Position numbers and translations under genes: made by a program. A stretch of DNA of 64,000 bases from Dehalococcoidia bacterium (GTDB lineage Bacteria > Chloroflexota > Dehalococcoidia > Lucifugimonadales > UBA3495), in the NCBI GenBank assembly GCA_965205495.1, contig CBDBHA010000002.1, positions 1,782,326-1,846,325 of the forward strand. The letters are read 5' to 3'. Under the pieces are notes generated by a model. It made no database searches, was not told the DNA's origin, and saw nothing but the letters and a program-made list of their open reading frames with translations. Below, one piece after another: positions 1-8,205 of this stretch (position 1 is the stretch's first letter; every line of letters begins with the position of its first letter).

Positions 1-139
1 TTTCCGGCTGAGGAACAAAACTTTCGGCCCCAAAAATGGCGGAACCGATCGCGCCCCGGACCAAGCCGACCACCAAGAGGACCGCCAGAACCAGACCGAC
101 CACCAAAAGCAGCCTTTTAGCCGCGGGGTTCGCCAGCAC
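1..139 (-). CDS. N-terminal fragment of a membrane protein that continues past the window start. By position it is the next gene of the ATP-synthase operon (atpI/atpB-like).
   Basis: GTG at 139-137 overlaps the TAG of the upstream atpZ-like ORF (TAGTG). It reads VLANPAAKRLLLVVGLVLAVLLVVGLVRGAIGS with one clear hydrophobic helix. It is absent from the ORF track because it is open-ended. Confidence 0.35.
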   Translation of the reverse strand, partial: MLANPAAKRLLLVVGLVLAVLLVVGLVRGAIGSAIFGAESFVPQPE

Positions 140-390
140 TAGGGGTCCCTCCTCTTTCCGCTCGTTTCCTGCCGGTTAGTTCCGTAGAGGACCGGCAGTA
201 CCATTTTATATACGCCCCAAAAGGCCGCGACGCTGCCCAAAACCGTACCCAGCAGGGTAAACAAGGCTTTGGATCCGAAGAGCCGGTCGAGCCATACACC
301 TCCGGCCACTCCGATAACCACGCAGGCGGCCACGTACCAGCCCAGGCCGGTGAGACGCAGGGCAACCGACCACCAGGGGGCGCCCTTCAC
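139..390 (-). CDS. AtpZ/AtpI-like small membrane protein of the kind that opens F1Fo ATPase operons
   Basis: 83 aa with two hydrophobic helices (LGWYVAACVVIGVAGGVWL and LFTLLGTVLGSVAAFWGVY). GTG start lies 4 nt after GAGG. Size, topology and position fit AtpZ-type ORFs, from family recall only. Confidence 0.55.
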   Translation of the reverse strand: MKGAPWWSVALRLTGLGWYVAACVVIGVAGGVWLDRLFGSKALFTLLGTVLGSVAAFWGVYKMVLPVLYGTNRQETSGKRRDP

Positions 391-402
391 GAAACCTCGT
401 GA

Positions 403-431
403 ATATTATCACCAGCGTTTTTAAAAGTCAA
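403..431 (-). promoter_or_regulatory. sigma70-like promoter for the atpZ-like operon
   Basis: Minus strand TTGACT (431-426), 17-nt spacer, TAATAT (408-403) with a TGn extended -10, just upstream of the RBS and GTG at 390. Confidence 0.5.
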
Positions 432-533
432 TTTAACCCTTGGTGGCCGGAAACTAACAATGCGTTTACGAAAACACCCCAGCCGGTAGGGGGCTGGGGC
501 GCGGAATAGAGACAAAACCTGGTGGGCGATGGG

Positions 534-1088
534 TCATGCCCCTTCGGTCTGCTGCTTGCCGAAGTCCTCCAAGTCCAGGTCGTTGATGAAGTCGGTGAAA
601 GCGGACATTCGGCGGAGTTCTTCCTCGTCGACGGGGGCGGCTTCGGGCCGGCCTGGGCGCTCGGGGACGATGGGCTTTCCGGTGTCCTTATCCAGCAAGA
701 TGCCGGCTTTTTCCATGACGGCTTCTTCGGCGAAGATAGGGACTTGGGAGCGGACGGCCAGGGCCATGGCGTCGCTGGGGCGCGAGTCAATTTCCTTGTC
801 GTCGCCGTTAAGCTGGATGACGATTTTGGCGTAGAAAGTATCGTTTTGGAGGTCGTTGACCAGGATGTGTTTGACCTGGCCACCGAGGGTATCTATGACG
901 GTGCGGAGCAGGTCGTGGGTCAGGGGGCGGGGAACGCTGAGGTCCTGAAGTTTAACGGCGATGGCGTCGGCTTCCGCCGGGCCGATCCAGATTGGGAGGT
1001 ACCGGTCGGAGTCCTTCTCTTTGAGGATAACCACGCGTTGGTAGTTCATCGGACTGACCCGTATGCTGTCGACGTTCATTTCCAGCAT
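534..1088 (-). CDS. bifunctional nuclease (BFN/DUF151) domain protein
   Basis: 184 aa. The N-terminal 130 aa read as a BFN domain (RVVILKEKDSDRYLPIWIGPAEADAI..RPLTHDLL..SRPSDAMALAVR). GGGAGG lies 7 nt before the ATG, and the C-terminal tail is acidic. Confidence 0.8.
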   Translation of the reverse strand: MLEMNVDSIRVSPMNYQRVVILKEKDSDRYLPIWIGPAEADAIAVKLQDLSVPRPLTHDLLRTVIDTLGGQVKHILVNDLQNDTFYAKIVIQLNGDDKEIDSRPSDAMALAVRSQVPIFAEEAVMEKAGILLDKDTGKPIVPERPGRPEAAPVDEEELRRMSAFTDFINDLDLEDFGKQQTEGA

Positions 1089-1384
1089 CTGACTACCTCC
1101 CTTCGCTTCGTGACGGCATCCGAAAGTGTATGCTCAGAGGAAAACCTGTGTCAACCCAAAACAGGGGTTTTTTGGGAGACGTGGAGGGGACAGAACTTAC
1201 TGAAAAGAAGGCTTGCTTGGGGAACCAACGGCGGTGGGCGCTGTGCCGCGCAGGTGTACGACGAAGGGTCCCCCACGGCGGGCCAACGGGGCGTCTTCGC
1301 GGGGTGGGGAGCCGGGGGTGGAAGAGGAGGCAGCCCAACCCCAGGGGGGAGAGCGTTGGGCTGCCTCCTTGCGGGGGGGGATGG

Positions 1385-1870
1385 TTAGTCGTCTTCGGAG
1401 CCTAGGAGGGCCATGGAGGAGCTGCTGACCAAGGCGTTGCCGGCCAGCATATCAATGCCCTTGCGGACGGAGCCGTTAAGGCTTTGGAGTTCGCGTTCGA
1501 AGGCCCGCAGGGACCGGAGAGCGTAGGCGTCGGCTTCCATGCGCTTGGATTCGCACTCGGCATCGGCCTGTTCGATCAGGCGGGCGGCCCGGCGCTCGGC
1601 TTCCTTGAGCATATCGTCAGCGCGTTTGTGGAGCTCGCTCTGGTTGAGCCTTTCGCGGAACTCGTCCTCGGCCTTGGCCTTGGCGCGTCTGGCCTCGACC
1701 ATGGCGTTGTTAATGATTTGGTCTTTCTGGACTAATACTTCTTCGGCGTTCTTCACTTCCTGGGGGATATGGAGCCGGAGCTGATCGACCAGTTCCATGA
1801 CCTTGGTTTTATCCAGCATGAGGGCGCCGGTCACGGGCATGGTCTTGCTGGTTTTGACCAGGGTCTCCAA
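1385..1870 (-). CDS. coiled-coil protein of unknown function (DivIVA/ATPase-b-like heptads). The true start is probably upstream at a non-canonical codon near 1897.
   Basis: 161 aa from TTG 1870 with a charged helical sequence. The in-frame upstream codons DIIDIINVVDR look coding and follow a GGGAGG (1908-1903). See the finding on this start. Confidence 0.6.
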   Translation of the reverse strand: METLVKTSKTMPVTGALMLDKTKVMELVDQLRLHIPQEVKNAEEVLVQKDQIINNAMVEARRAKAKAEDEFRERLNQSELHKRADDMLKEAERRAARLIEQADAECESKRMEADAYALRSLRAFERELQSLNGSVRKGIDMLAGNALVSSSSMALLGSEDD

Positions 1871-1919
1871 ACGGTCAACAACGTTAATAATATCGATGAT
1901 GTCCTCCCTTTCCGGTTAG

Positions 1920-2414
1920 TCAGTTATTGGGGACCGGTAAGCCAAATTTGGAATATAACGCGTCCCTGACGTGGGGAGGCACCATGCCGGTGACGTCCCC
2001 ACATAAACGGGCAACTTCTTTAAGCAGGGTGGAGCTTACGAACATATAGTCCTGGGAGGTCATGAAAGAGACCATGTCGACGCCGGGGTCCAGATGGCGG
2101 TTCATGGAGGCCATCTCGAACTCGTACTCGAAGTCGGAGCCGCTGCGGAGGCCCCGGACGATGACGGCGGCATCGACTTCCTGGGCGAACCGGACCACCA
2201 AGCCGTTGAACTCTTGCACTTCGACGTTGGGCAGGTGTTGGATGGAATTCCGGAAGAGGTCGAGACGCTCTTCGGTAGTGAACAAAAGGTTCTTGGACGG
2301 GGTCGCGTAGACTGCCACGATGACCCGTTCAAAGAGGGCCGATGCCCTGGTGGTGATGTCCAGGTGACCCATGGTCACGGGATCGAAAGTCCCTGGGTAA
2401 ATGGCGGTTACCAC
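1920..2414 (-). CDS. coaD: phosphopantetheine adenylyltransferase
   Basis: 164 aa. YPGTFDPVTMGHLDI (the T/HxGH nucleotidyltransferase motif) and full-length CoaD-like sequence. Overlaps the rsmD stop. Confidence 0.95.
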   Translation of the reverse strand: MVTAIYPGTFDPVTMGHLDITTRASALFERVIVAVYATPSKNLLFTTEERLDLFRNSIQHLPNVEVQEFNGLVVRFAQEVDAAVIVRGLRSGSDFEYEFEMASMNRHLDPGVDMVSFMTSQDYMFVSSTLLKEVARLCGDVTGMVPPHVRDALYSKFGLPVPNN

Positions 2415-2983
2415 CCTTGCCTCCTGACGTAAAACTCCACCACGTTATCCCCGTAACGGCGGTGAGATTCAAGGAACAGAGGACCATAACTGGGAAGGAG
2501 GTCCTGGTGTCTGGAGTGTCCAATCACCACGATTCCTTCGTCGTCTACCAACCCTGGGGCCAAGGCTATCATTTCGAGAATCTCTCCCAAGTTCTGCAAC
2601 CGATAGGGCGGGTCCAACATAACCAACTGGTAGGGACCGGGCAAAGAGCTAACGATCCTGGCCGCGTCCGCGTGGTGGACTTTGGCTTGGTTTGTGAAAC
2701 CGGTGTTTTCCAGGTTGGAGCGAATTACGCCGCATTGCTGCCGGTCCCGTTCCACAAAATCGGCCCACGCCGCACCTCGACTCAAGGCTTCGATCCCCAG
2801 GCTGCCGGAGCCGGCGAAAAGGTCCAACGACTTCTTATCCAGGTAGGAGTTGGGAAGGAGGATATTGAAGATCGCCGCCCGCACCCGCTCGGTGGTGGGA
2901 CGCGCTCCGGGAGCGATGGCACCTTGTAATCGTCTTCCTTTCACCTGACCGCCGACCACCCGCATTGAGGATTTGGGGCGCAT
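2408..2983 (-). CDS. rsmD: 16S rRNA (guanine966-N2)-methyltransferase
   Basis: 191 aa. RVVGGQVKGRRL, DLFAGSGSLGIEALSRGA (SAM motif I) and MLDPPY (motif IV). AGGAG lies 4 nt before the ATG, and there is the classic rsmD-coaD pairing. Confidence 0.9.
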   Translation of the reverse strand: MRPKSSMRVVGGQVKGRRLQGAIAPGARPTTERVRAAIFNILLPNSYLDKKSLDLFAGSGSLGIEALSRGAAWADFVERDRQQCGVIRSNLENTGFTNQAKVHHADAARIVSSLPGPYQLVMLDPPYRLQNLGEILEMIALAPGLVDDEGIVVIGHSRHQDLLPSYGPLFLESHRRYGDNVVEFYVRRQGW

Positions 2984-3124
2984 TATACTCCTGGGGCTGC
3001 AACCGAGTTCTAGCGGAAACGGTGGTGGATTTTGGGCAATTTGGGCGCAGGGCCAGTAGGCCGGCGCCGGTACACCGGGTTGCCGGTCTCAATATACTAG
3101 GGCGGGGATGGGGATGTCCAAAAT

Positions 3125-3200
3125 GGAAGCGGCGATTTGGGCAACCTGGGGGGTGAAGTTTAGATTCCTCCCTACGGTTCGGAATGACAGGTTAGGGGCG
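3125..3200. repeat. interspersed repeat family F2 (core TTTAGATTCCTCCCTACGGTTCGGAATGACAGG), partial copy
   Basis: The same core recurs at 18014, 21895, 29016, 45264 and 47327. Confidence 0.8.
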
Positions 3201-3235
3201 GGGGACAACCAAAAGGCCGCACTCCCCAACAACAA

Positions 3236-3350
3236 TCAAAAAACCCCATACCGTGCAATTCAATCGCCGGCTTCTCCTCAACCCTTCTGGGTTCCGGCTC
3301 AAGGCCGGAATGACGGTTTAATGTCAGGATCACTCATCAATTCCGAACAC
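3236..3350 (+). repeat. interspersed repeat family F3 (hairpin ATTCCGGC-N5-GCCGGAAT, end motif ACTCATCAATTCYGAACAC), 5'-truncated copy
   Basis: Aligns by eye to 43690-43801 and to the reverse complement of 7860-7975. Confidence 0.8.
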
Positions 3351-3434
3351 CTACGGGGGCGAGGGTCAACTTCCCTATTGAAGGGCCAGCTATTACAATA
3401 ACGCCAGAATTTTGCGACGAGGAACGACGTCAGG

Positions 3435-4373
3435 ATGAACCTTCGCCAGCAGTTGGCTGAAGCCGCACCGGAGCGGGGAACCGTGTTGACCATTGGCGTT
3501 TTTGACGGTGTCCACCGGGGACATTGCCACCTGCTCCGGCGATTGATTGACGCGGCCCAACCGGAGTGGATGCCGGCGGCCATCACTTTCAGGAATCACC
3601 CCGCGACGGTCCTGCGGCCCGATTTTCAGGTCAACTACATCACCACGCCGGAAGCCAAGGTGGACCTGCTAAAGGCCCAGGGCGTGGAGTTGGTGATACC
3701 CCTGGAGTTCACCCGGGACCTTTCGCAAATGGACGCCGGAGACTTCACCCGAGCGTTGGTGGATGTTTTGCAATTGAAGGGGCTGGTCATTGGGCCGGAC
3801 TTTGCCCTTGGGAAAGACCGGCAGGGGAATGAAGAGTTCTTGCGCCGGACTGGTGAGGAGCTGGGGTTCTGGGTGGAAACGGTGGAGCCGTTGATCATCG
3901 ACGGAGCGGCGGTGCGCAGCCGCCGGATCAGGCAGACCATAACCGACGGAGACCTGACGGCGGGGAACAAGCTGCTGGGGCGCGAGTTTCACCTGTCGGG
4001 AGAAGTGGTGCAGGGCGACCAGCGAGGGCGGGAATTGGGATTCCCCACGGCCAATCTTGCGGTCAAAGAAGGGATGGTGGTGCCGGGGGACGGGATTTAC
4101 GCGACCTGGGCCATAGTAAACGGGCAACGGCTTCCGTCGGCCACGAGCATTGGGATACGTCCCACATTTGGGCTGACCCAGCGGTTGGTGGAAACGTACA
4201 TATTTGAGTTCAACGAAGACTTGTACGGAAAGACGCTGGGGGTGGAGTTCGTGGAGAAGCTGCGGGACCAGGAGGCTTTCGCGAGCGTGGAGGCCCTGAT
4301 AGACCAGGTAAACCAGGACGTGGCCGACGCCCGCAAGTCCTTGGCCGAAGATCAGGGGGTCCGAATTGGTTAG
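3435..4373 (+). CDS. ribF: bifunctional riboflavin kinase / FMN adenylyltransferase
   Basis: 312 aa. GVFDGVHRGH (FAD synthetase) and the C-terminal GFPTANL riboflavin-kinase motif. Confidence 0.95.
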   Translation: MNLRQQLAEAAPERGTVLTIGVFDGVHRGHCHLLRRLIDAAQPEWMPAAITFRNHPATVLRPDFQVNYITTPEAKVDLLKAQGVELVIPLEFTRDLSQMDAGDFTRALVDVLQLKGLVIGPDFALGKDRQGNEEFLRRTGEELGFWVETVEPLIIDGAAVRSRRIRQTITDGDLTAGNKLLGREFHLSGEVVQGDQRGRELGFPTANLAVKEGMVVPGDGIYATWAIVNGQRLPSATSIGIRPTFGLTQRLVETYIFEFNEDLYGKTLGVEFVEKLRDQEAFASVEALIDQVNQDVADARKSLAEDQGVRIG

Positions 4374-5586
4374 CCAGGCTGTCATCGACCAGGTCACGCG
4401 CCGGGGAGTGAAGGAGATCATCTCTCACGCCGAGTTTGTGGAGATGCTGCAAGGGGGGAAACCGCTCCGCTTGAAGATGGGGTTTGACCCCAGCCGGCCG
4501 GATATTCACCTGGGGCATGTGGTCGGGCTGCGGAAGCTGCGCCAGTTGCAGGACCTGGGACACCAGGTCATTCTCATCGTGGGGGACTGGACGGCGCAGA
4601 TTGGGGACCCCAGCGGCCGGTCGGCCACGCGGCCGATGCTGACCCACGAAGAAGTGGTGTCCAACGCCGAGTCCTACCTGCGGCAGTTCTTCAAGGTGGT
4701 GGACCGGGATCGGACTCAGGTTGAGTGGCAGAGCCAGTGGTTTGGCAAGTTTACCCTGGCGGACGTAATCCGGTTGACCAGCAAATTCACCGTGGCCCAA
4801 TTTTTGGAACGGGACGATTTTGCGCTACGGTTCCGGGAACACCGGCCCATCGCCATAACGGAGTTGTTGTACCCGTTGCTGCAAGCTTACGATTCGGTGG
4901 CGATAGAGTCGGACGTGGAGTTTGGGGGCACGGACCAGATGTTCAACCTCCTGGTGGGGCGGGAGTTACAGGGAATTATGGGGCAAAAACCCCAGCAATG
5001 CTTCCTGATGCCGATATTGGTCGGGACCGACGGCGTCCAAAAGATGAGCAAGAGCCTGGGAAACTATGTGGCGTTGGAAGAAGAGCCCAACGACATGTAC
5101 GGGAAGCTCATGTCTTTGCCGGACACGTTGATAGTTTCCTACTTTGATTACTTGACGGACGCTCCGGAGCAGGAATTGGCGGAGATGGCCCAGGCCATCG
5201 AATCGGAAGCGGTCAACCCGATGGAACTCAAAAAACGGTTGGCCAGCGAAGTTACGGCAACCTTCCACGATCCGGAAGCGGCGCGCGGGGCGCAAGCCCA
5301 CTTTGAGCGGGTTATTCAGCAACGAAGTGTGCCGGAAGAGATCCCGGAGTTCGCCTGGGACCCAGATACCATCGAGGGCGGGGTAACTTTAAGCCGCTTG
5401 TTGGTATCGGCGGGGATGGCTTCCAGCAACGGCGAGGCCAAGCGGCTGATCAACCAGCGGGCGGTACAGCTTATCCGGGAGTCGGGCGAAAGCGACGTGT
5501 TGATCAACGAAGGCGCTGCCAGGGAACTGCAACCCGGGGACGTCCTGCGGGTAGGGCGGCGGCGCTTCGTCAGGCTGACCAACTAG
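4366..5586 (+). CDS. tyrS: tyrosine--tRNA ligase
   Basis: 406 aa. HLGH (DIHLGHVVG) and KMSKS motifs, with a C-terminal S4-like domain. The TTG start overlaps the ribF stop. Confidence 0.95.
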   Translation: MVSQAVIDQVTRRGVKEIISHAEFVEMLQGGKPLRLKMGFDPSRPDIHLGHVVGLRKLRQLQDLGHQVILIVGDWTAQIGDPSGRSATRPMLTHEEVVSNAESYLRQFFKVVDRDRTQVEWQSQWFGKFTLADVIRLTSKFTVAQFLERDDFALRFREHRPIAITELLYPLLQAYDSVAIESDVEFGGTDQMFNLLVGRELQGIMGQKPQQCFLMPILVGTDGVQKMSKSLGNYVALEEEPNDMYGKLMSLPDTLIVSYFDYLTDAPEQELAEMAQAIESEAVNPMELKKRLASEVTATFHDPEAARGAQAHFERVIQQRSVPEEIPEFAWDPDTIEGGVTLSRLLVSAGMASSNGEAKRLINQRAVQLIRESGESDVLINEGAARELQPGDVLRVGRRRFVRLTN

Positions 5587-5599
5587 GACGGAGGCAGTT

Positions 5600-7258
5600 T
5601 TGCCGGCATATCCACCGGAACCCGAGAGGAATTTTTCCCGGGAAGCGAAACGTTGGCGGGAGCGGGCCGAGGCTGCGCCGCAACGGAAAGGCGCGTATAA
5701 GACCCCTTCCCAAATCCAGGTGGAGCCGCTTTACAATCCGACGCATTTGGCGGGGCAGGAGCAGGGCTATCCGGGGGAGTATCCGTATCTGAGGGGGGTC
5801 CACCCCACCGGCTACCGGGGTCGGCTTTGGACCATGCGGATGTTTGCCGGTTACGGGCTGCCGGAAGAGACCAACGCCCGGTTCAAGTTCCTGTTGGGCA
5901 ACGGGCAGGACGGGTTGAGCGTGGCTTTCGACATGCCCACCCTCTACGGCTACGATACCGACGCGCCCCAGGCGGCCGGGGAGTTTGGGAAGTGCGGGGT
6001 GGCAGTCTCGTCTCTGGCGGATATGGAAACGTTGTTCGACGGGATTCCGCTGGGGGAAGTCACGACCTCCATGACCATCAACAGCCCGGCGGCCATCATC
6101 TGGGCCATGTATATCGCGGTGGCGGAGAAGCAGGGAGTCCCTTTGGCCCGGATGGGCGGGACTCTGCAAAACGACATCCTGAAAGAGTACCTGGCGCAAA
6201 ACGAGTACATTTTTCCGCCGGAGCCGTCGATGCGGTTGGTGGTGGACACGGTGGAGTTCGCGGCGCGGCACATGCCGCTTTGGAACCCCATCAGCATCAG
6301 CGGGTACCACATACGGGAGGCGGGGGCCACCGGAGTCCAAGAGCTGGCGTTCACCCTGGACGACGGGTTTGAATACGTGCGGCATTGCCTGGACCGGGGG
6401 TTGGCGATGGACGACTTCGCGCCGCGCTTGAGCTTCTTTTTCAACGTGGACAACAACTTTTTTGAAGAGATTGCCAAGTTCCGGGCGGCGCGGCGGATTT
6501 GGGCCCGGGAGATGAAGGAGACGTTTCACGCCGAGAACCCGCGGTCGATGTGGATGCGTTGCCATGCCCAGACTTCGGGAGCGGCGTTGACAGCCCAACA
6601 GCCGGACAACAACGTAATGCGGGTGGCCCTCCAGGCGTTGGCGGCGGTGTTGGGGGGTTGCCAGTCGCTGCACACGAACTCCAAGGACGAGGCGTGGGCC
6701 TTGCCTTCGGAGGAGGCGGCGTTGCAGGCGCTGCGCAGCCAACAAATCATCGCCCATGAAACCGGGGTGGCCGACATAGTCGACCCGTTGGGGGGCAGCT
6801 ACTTCCTGGAGACATTGACCAACCAGGTGGAAGCCGGGGCTTACGAGTATTTCCGGCGCGTAGAGGACATTGGCGGGGTAATACCGGCATTGAAGACCGG
6901 ATTTTTCCAATCGGAGATTGCCGACGCCGCCTACCGGTGCCAGCAGGAGGAAGACCGGGGGGAGCGCATCACCGTTGGGGTAAACCAGTTCGGCAGCGAC
7001 GAGGCGGTGGAGATTCCGTTGCTGCGGGTGGACGTGGAAGGGGAACGGCGGCACATAGAAAAGTTGAACGAGGTGCGGCGCACACGGGACAACCGGGAGG
7101 TGGCCCAACGGCTGCGGGACCTGGAGACGGCGGCGCGGGGGTCGGAAAACCTGATGCCGCCGCTGCTCGAAGCGGTGAAGGAGTACGCCACCCTGGGGGA
7201 GATGATGGGGGTGTTTCGGGAAGTGTTCGGAGAGTACAGCCCCAGTTGGGGGTTTTAG
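5600..7258 (+). CDS. methylmalonyl-CoA mutase family, catalytic (TIM-barrel) subunit without a B12-binding domain
   Basis: 552 aa. RMFAGYG, FKFLL..GQ.GLSVAFD and HTNS..EA..LP are motifs typical of the MCM large-subunit N-domain. GGAGG lies 5 nt before the TTG. Confidence 0.9.
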   Translation: MPAYPPEPERNFSREAKRWRERAEAAPQRKGAYKTPSQIQVEPLYNPTHLAGQEQGYPGEYPYLRGVHPTGYRGRLWTMRMFAGYGLPEETNARFKFLLGNGQDGLSVAFDMPTLYGYDTDAPQAAGEFGKCGVAVSSLADMETLFDGIPLGEVTTSMTINSPAAIIWAMYIAVAEKQGVPLARMGGTLQNDILKEYLAQNEYIFPPEPSMRLVVDTVEFAARHMPLWNPISISGYHIREAGATGVQELAFTLDDGFEYVRHCLDRGLAMDDFAPRLSFFFNVDNNFFEEIAKFRAARRIWAREMKETFHAENPRSMWMRCHAQTSGAALTAQQPDNNVMRVALQALAAVLGGCQSLHTNSKDEAWALPSEEAALQALRSQQIIAHETGVADIVDPLGGSYFLETLTNQVEAGAYEYFRRVEDIGGVIPALKTGFFQSEIADAAYRCQQEEDRGERITVGVNQFGSDEAVEIPLLRVDVEGERRHIEKLNEVRRTRDNREVAQRLRDLETAARGSENLMPPLLEAVKEYATLGEMMGVFREVFGEYSPSWGF

Positions 7259-7293
7259 GAAAGGAATATATACAATTCTACCCTGAAAGGAAG

Positions 7294-7318
7294 GGCGGGC
7301 ATAAAGCCCGCCTTTTTT
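7294..7318. terminator. Rho-independent terminator, probably bidirectional
   Basis: GGCGGGC-ATAAA-GCCCGCC followed by T6, with an A-rich 5' flank. It lies between the convergent mutase gene (+) and the 7331 ORF (-). Confidence 0.75.
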
Positions 7319-7330
7319 ACTGTTACTACC

Positions 7331-7633
7331 TTATATCTGCCTGCCCATATCCCGAACTTCCTCGGCAGACCGGTACTGCCCTTTCTCCAACCTCTGAAAA
7401 CGACGCTTTTCCAATTCGGCCATCTCCAAATTAATCCGCCTTGCATTGATTCGCTCTTGCATTACTCTAACGGCCAACTTCATGTCACGATTGGCCGTCA
7501 ACAGTAAACTGGTTGCCCGTGGAACAACTCGGTCGAACTGCTCTATCGTATCGGCAACATCATCTGGAACATTGCTATCCAGCAAGCAATCCAAAGGTGT
7601 TTCAACTTCTTCTATCTCTCCCAAATATTCCAA
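7331..7633 (-). CDS. hypothetical small helical protein
   Basis: 100-aa ORF from a TTG in an A/T-richer islet. Overlaps the upstream 68-aa ORF by 22 nt. No recognisable family. Confidence 0.3.
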   Translation of the reverse strand: MEYLGEIEEVETPLDCLLDSNVPDDVADTIEQFDRVVPRATSLLLTANRDMKLAVRVMQERINARRINLEMAELEKRRFQRLEKGQYRSAEEVRDMGRQI

Positions 7634-7818
7634 GGCTTCCTGTGCCCACGCATAAAATCCTCGACTACCATCTGCCGGTCTGGCGGGCGGATCCGGTCAT
7701 ATACTGTTAAGGTTATTTGGACAACATCTGCCCGTACACTCTGCAACTCAATAAGGCGGACAACAAAACGGTCCACCGGCTTGAAGGCAGATTCAAAGTC
7801 CTGTTGCTCTTTCCTCAA
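7612..7818 (-). CDS. hypothetical small protein
   Basis: 68-aa ORF, first of an overlapping pair. No recognisable family. Confidence 0.25.
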   Translation of the reverse strand: MRKEQQDFESAFKPVDRFVVRLIELQSVRADVVQITLTVYDRIRPPDRQMVVEDFMRGHRKPWNIWER

Positions 7819-7859
7819 CCAATAATGGCAGCTTGGCCTCTTGTTCCTTCCCTGTGTAA

Positions 7860-8030
7860 GTGTTCAGACTTGGGGAGTCATCCCAACATTAAACCGTCAT
7901 TCCGGCCTTGAGCCGGAATCCAGAATGGTCAGGGAGAGACCAGCGTTCGAATTGCGCGGGGTTTCCTGGATTCCGGCTCGGGGGCCGGAATGACGGTTCC
8001 TGGGTTGAACTAACCCATTAATTCTGAATA
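7860..8030 (-). repeat. repeat family F3, full-length double-hairpin copy in inverted orientation
   Basis: Ends are GTGTTCAGA.. and ..ATTCTGAATA. The two hairpins are CATTCCGGCcttgaGCCGGAAT (about 7897-7918) and ATTCCGGCtcgggGGCCGGAAT (about 7970-7991). Confidence 0.85.
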
Positions 8031-8140
8031 GTTACTACTCCAACCGTTACTTGACAATAGGGACAAAACATTCCAACGTCCATAACCTCTCTTACCTACC
8101 CGGCTCTGGGGCTGGGGTAGAATTACATTTAATTCCCTTT

Positions 8141-8177
8141 AGAAAAGCGAGAGGGCCCCGATTGGATCGGGGCCCTC
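8141..8177 (-). terminator. Rho-independent terminator of the EF-G paralog
   Basis: Minus strand GAGGGCCCCGAT-cca-ATCGGGGCCCTC followed by TCGCTTTTCT, 29 nt after the stop codon. Confidence 0.75.
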
Positions 8178-8205
8178 TTGGATTCCTGGCTGGTTACCGG
8201 GTGGG

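Noticed and set aside
3108-3401. ORFs running through repeat elements (3108-3401, 11691-11915, 38326-38990, 45102-45615, 28796-29152), which share peptides such as IKPSFRP and HSRAGGNPG
   Set aside because: The shared peptides are just translations of the F1-F3 repeat cores in different loci. There are no RBSs and no coding periodicity outside the repeats.
3360-5600. Riboswitch or T-box leaders for ribF (FMN), tyrS (T-box), the mutase (B12) or nadA (NAD)
   Set aside because: tyrS overlaps ribF, the mutase starts 14 nt after tyrS, and nadA starts 4 nt after miaB, so there is no room for leaders. The 75 nt before ribF shows no FMN-element-like conserved stems by eye.
5570-7108. 512-aa ORF on the minus strand opposite the methylmalonyl-CoA mutase gene
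   Set aside because: It has an Arg/Pro/Gly/His-rich, low-complexity translation typical of an antisense shadow ORF in GC-rich DNA. The plus-strand frame has unmistakable mutase motifs.
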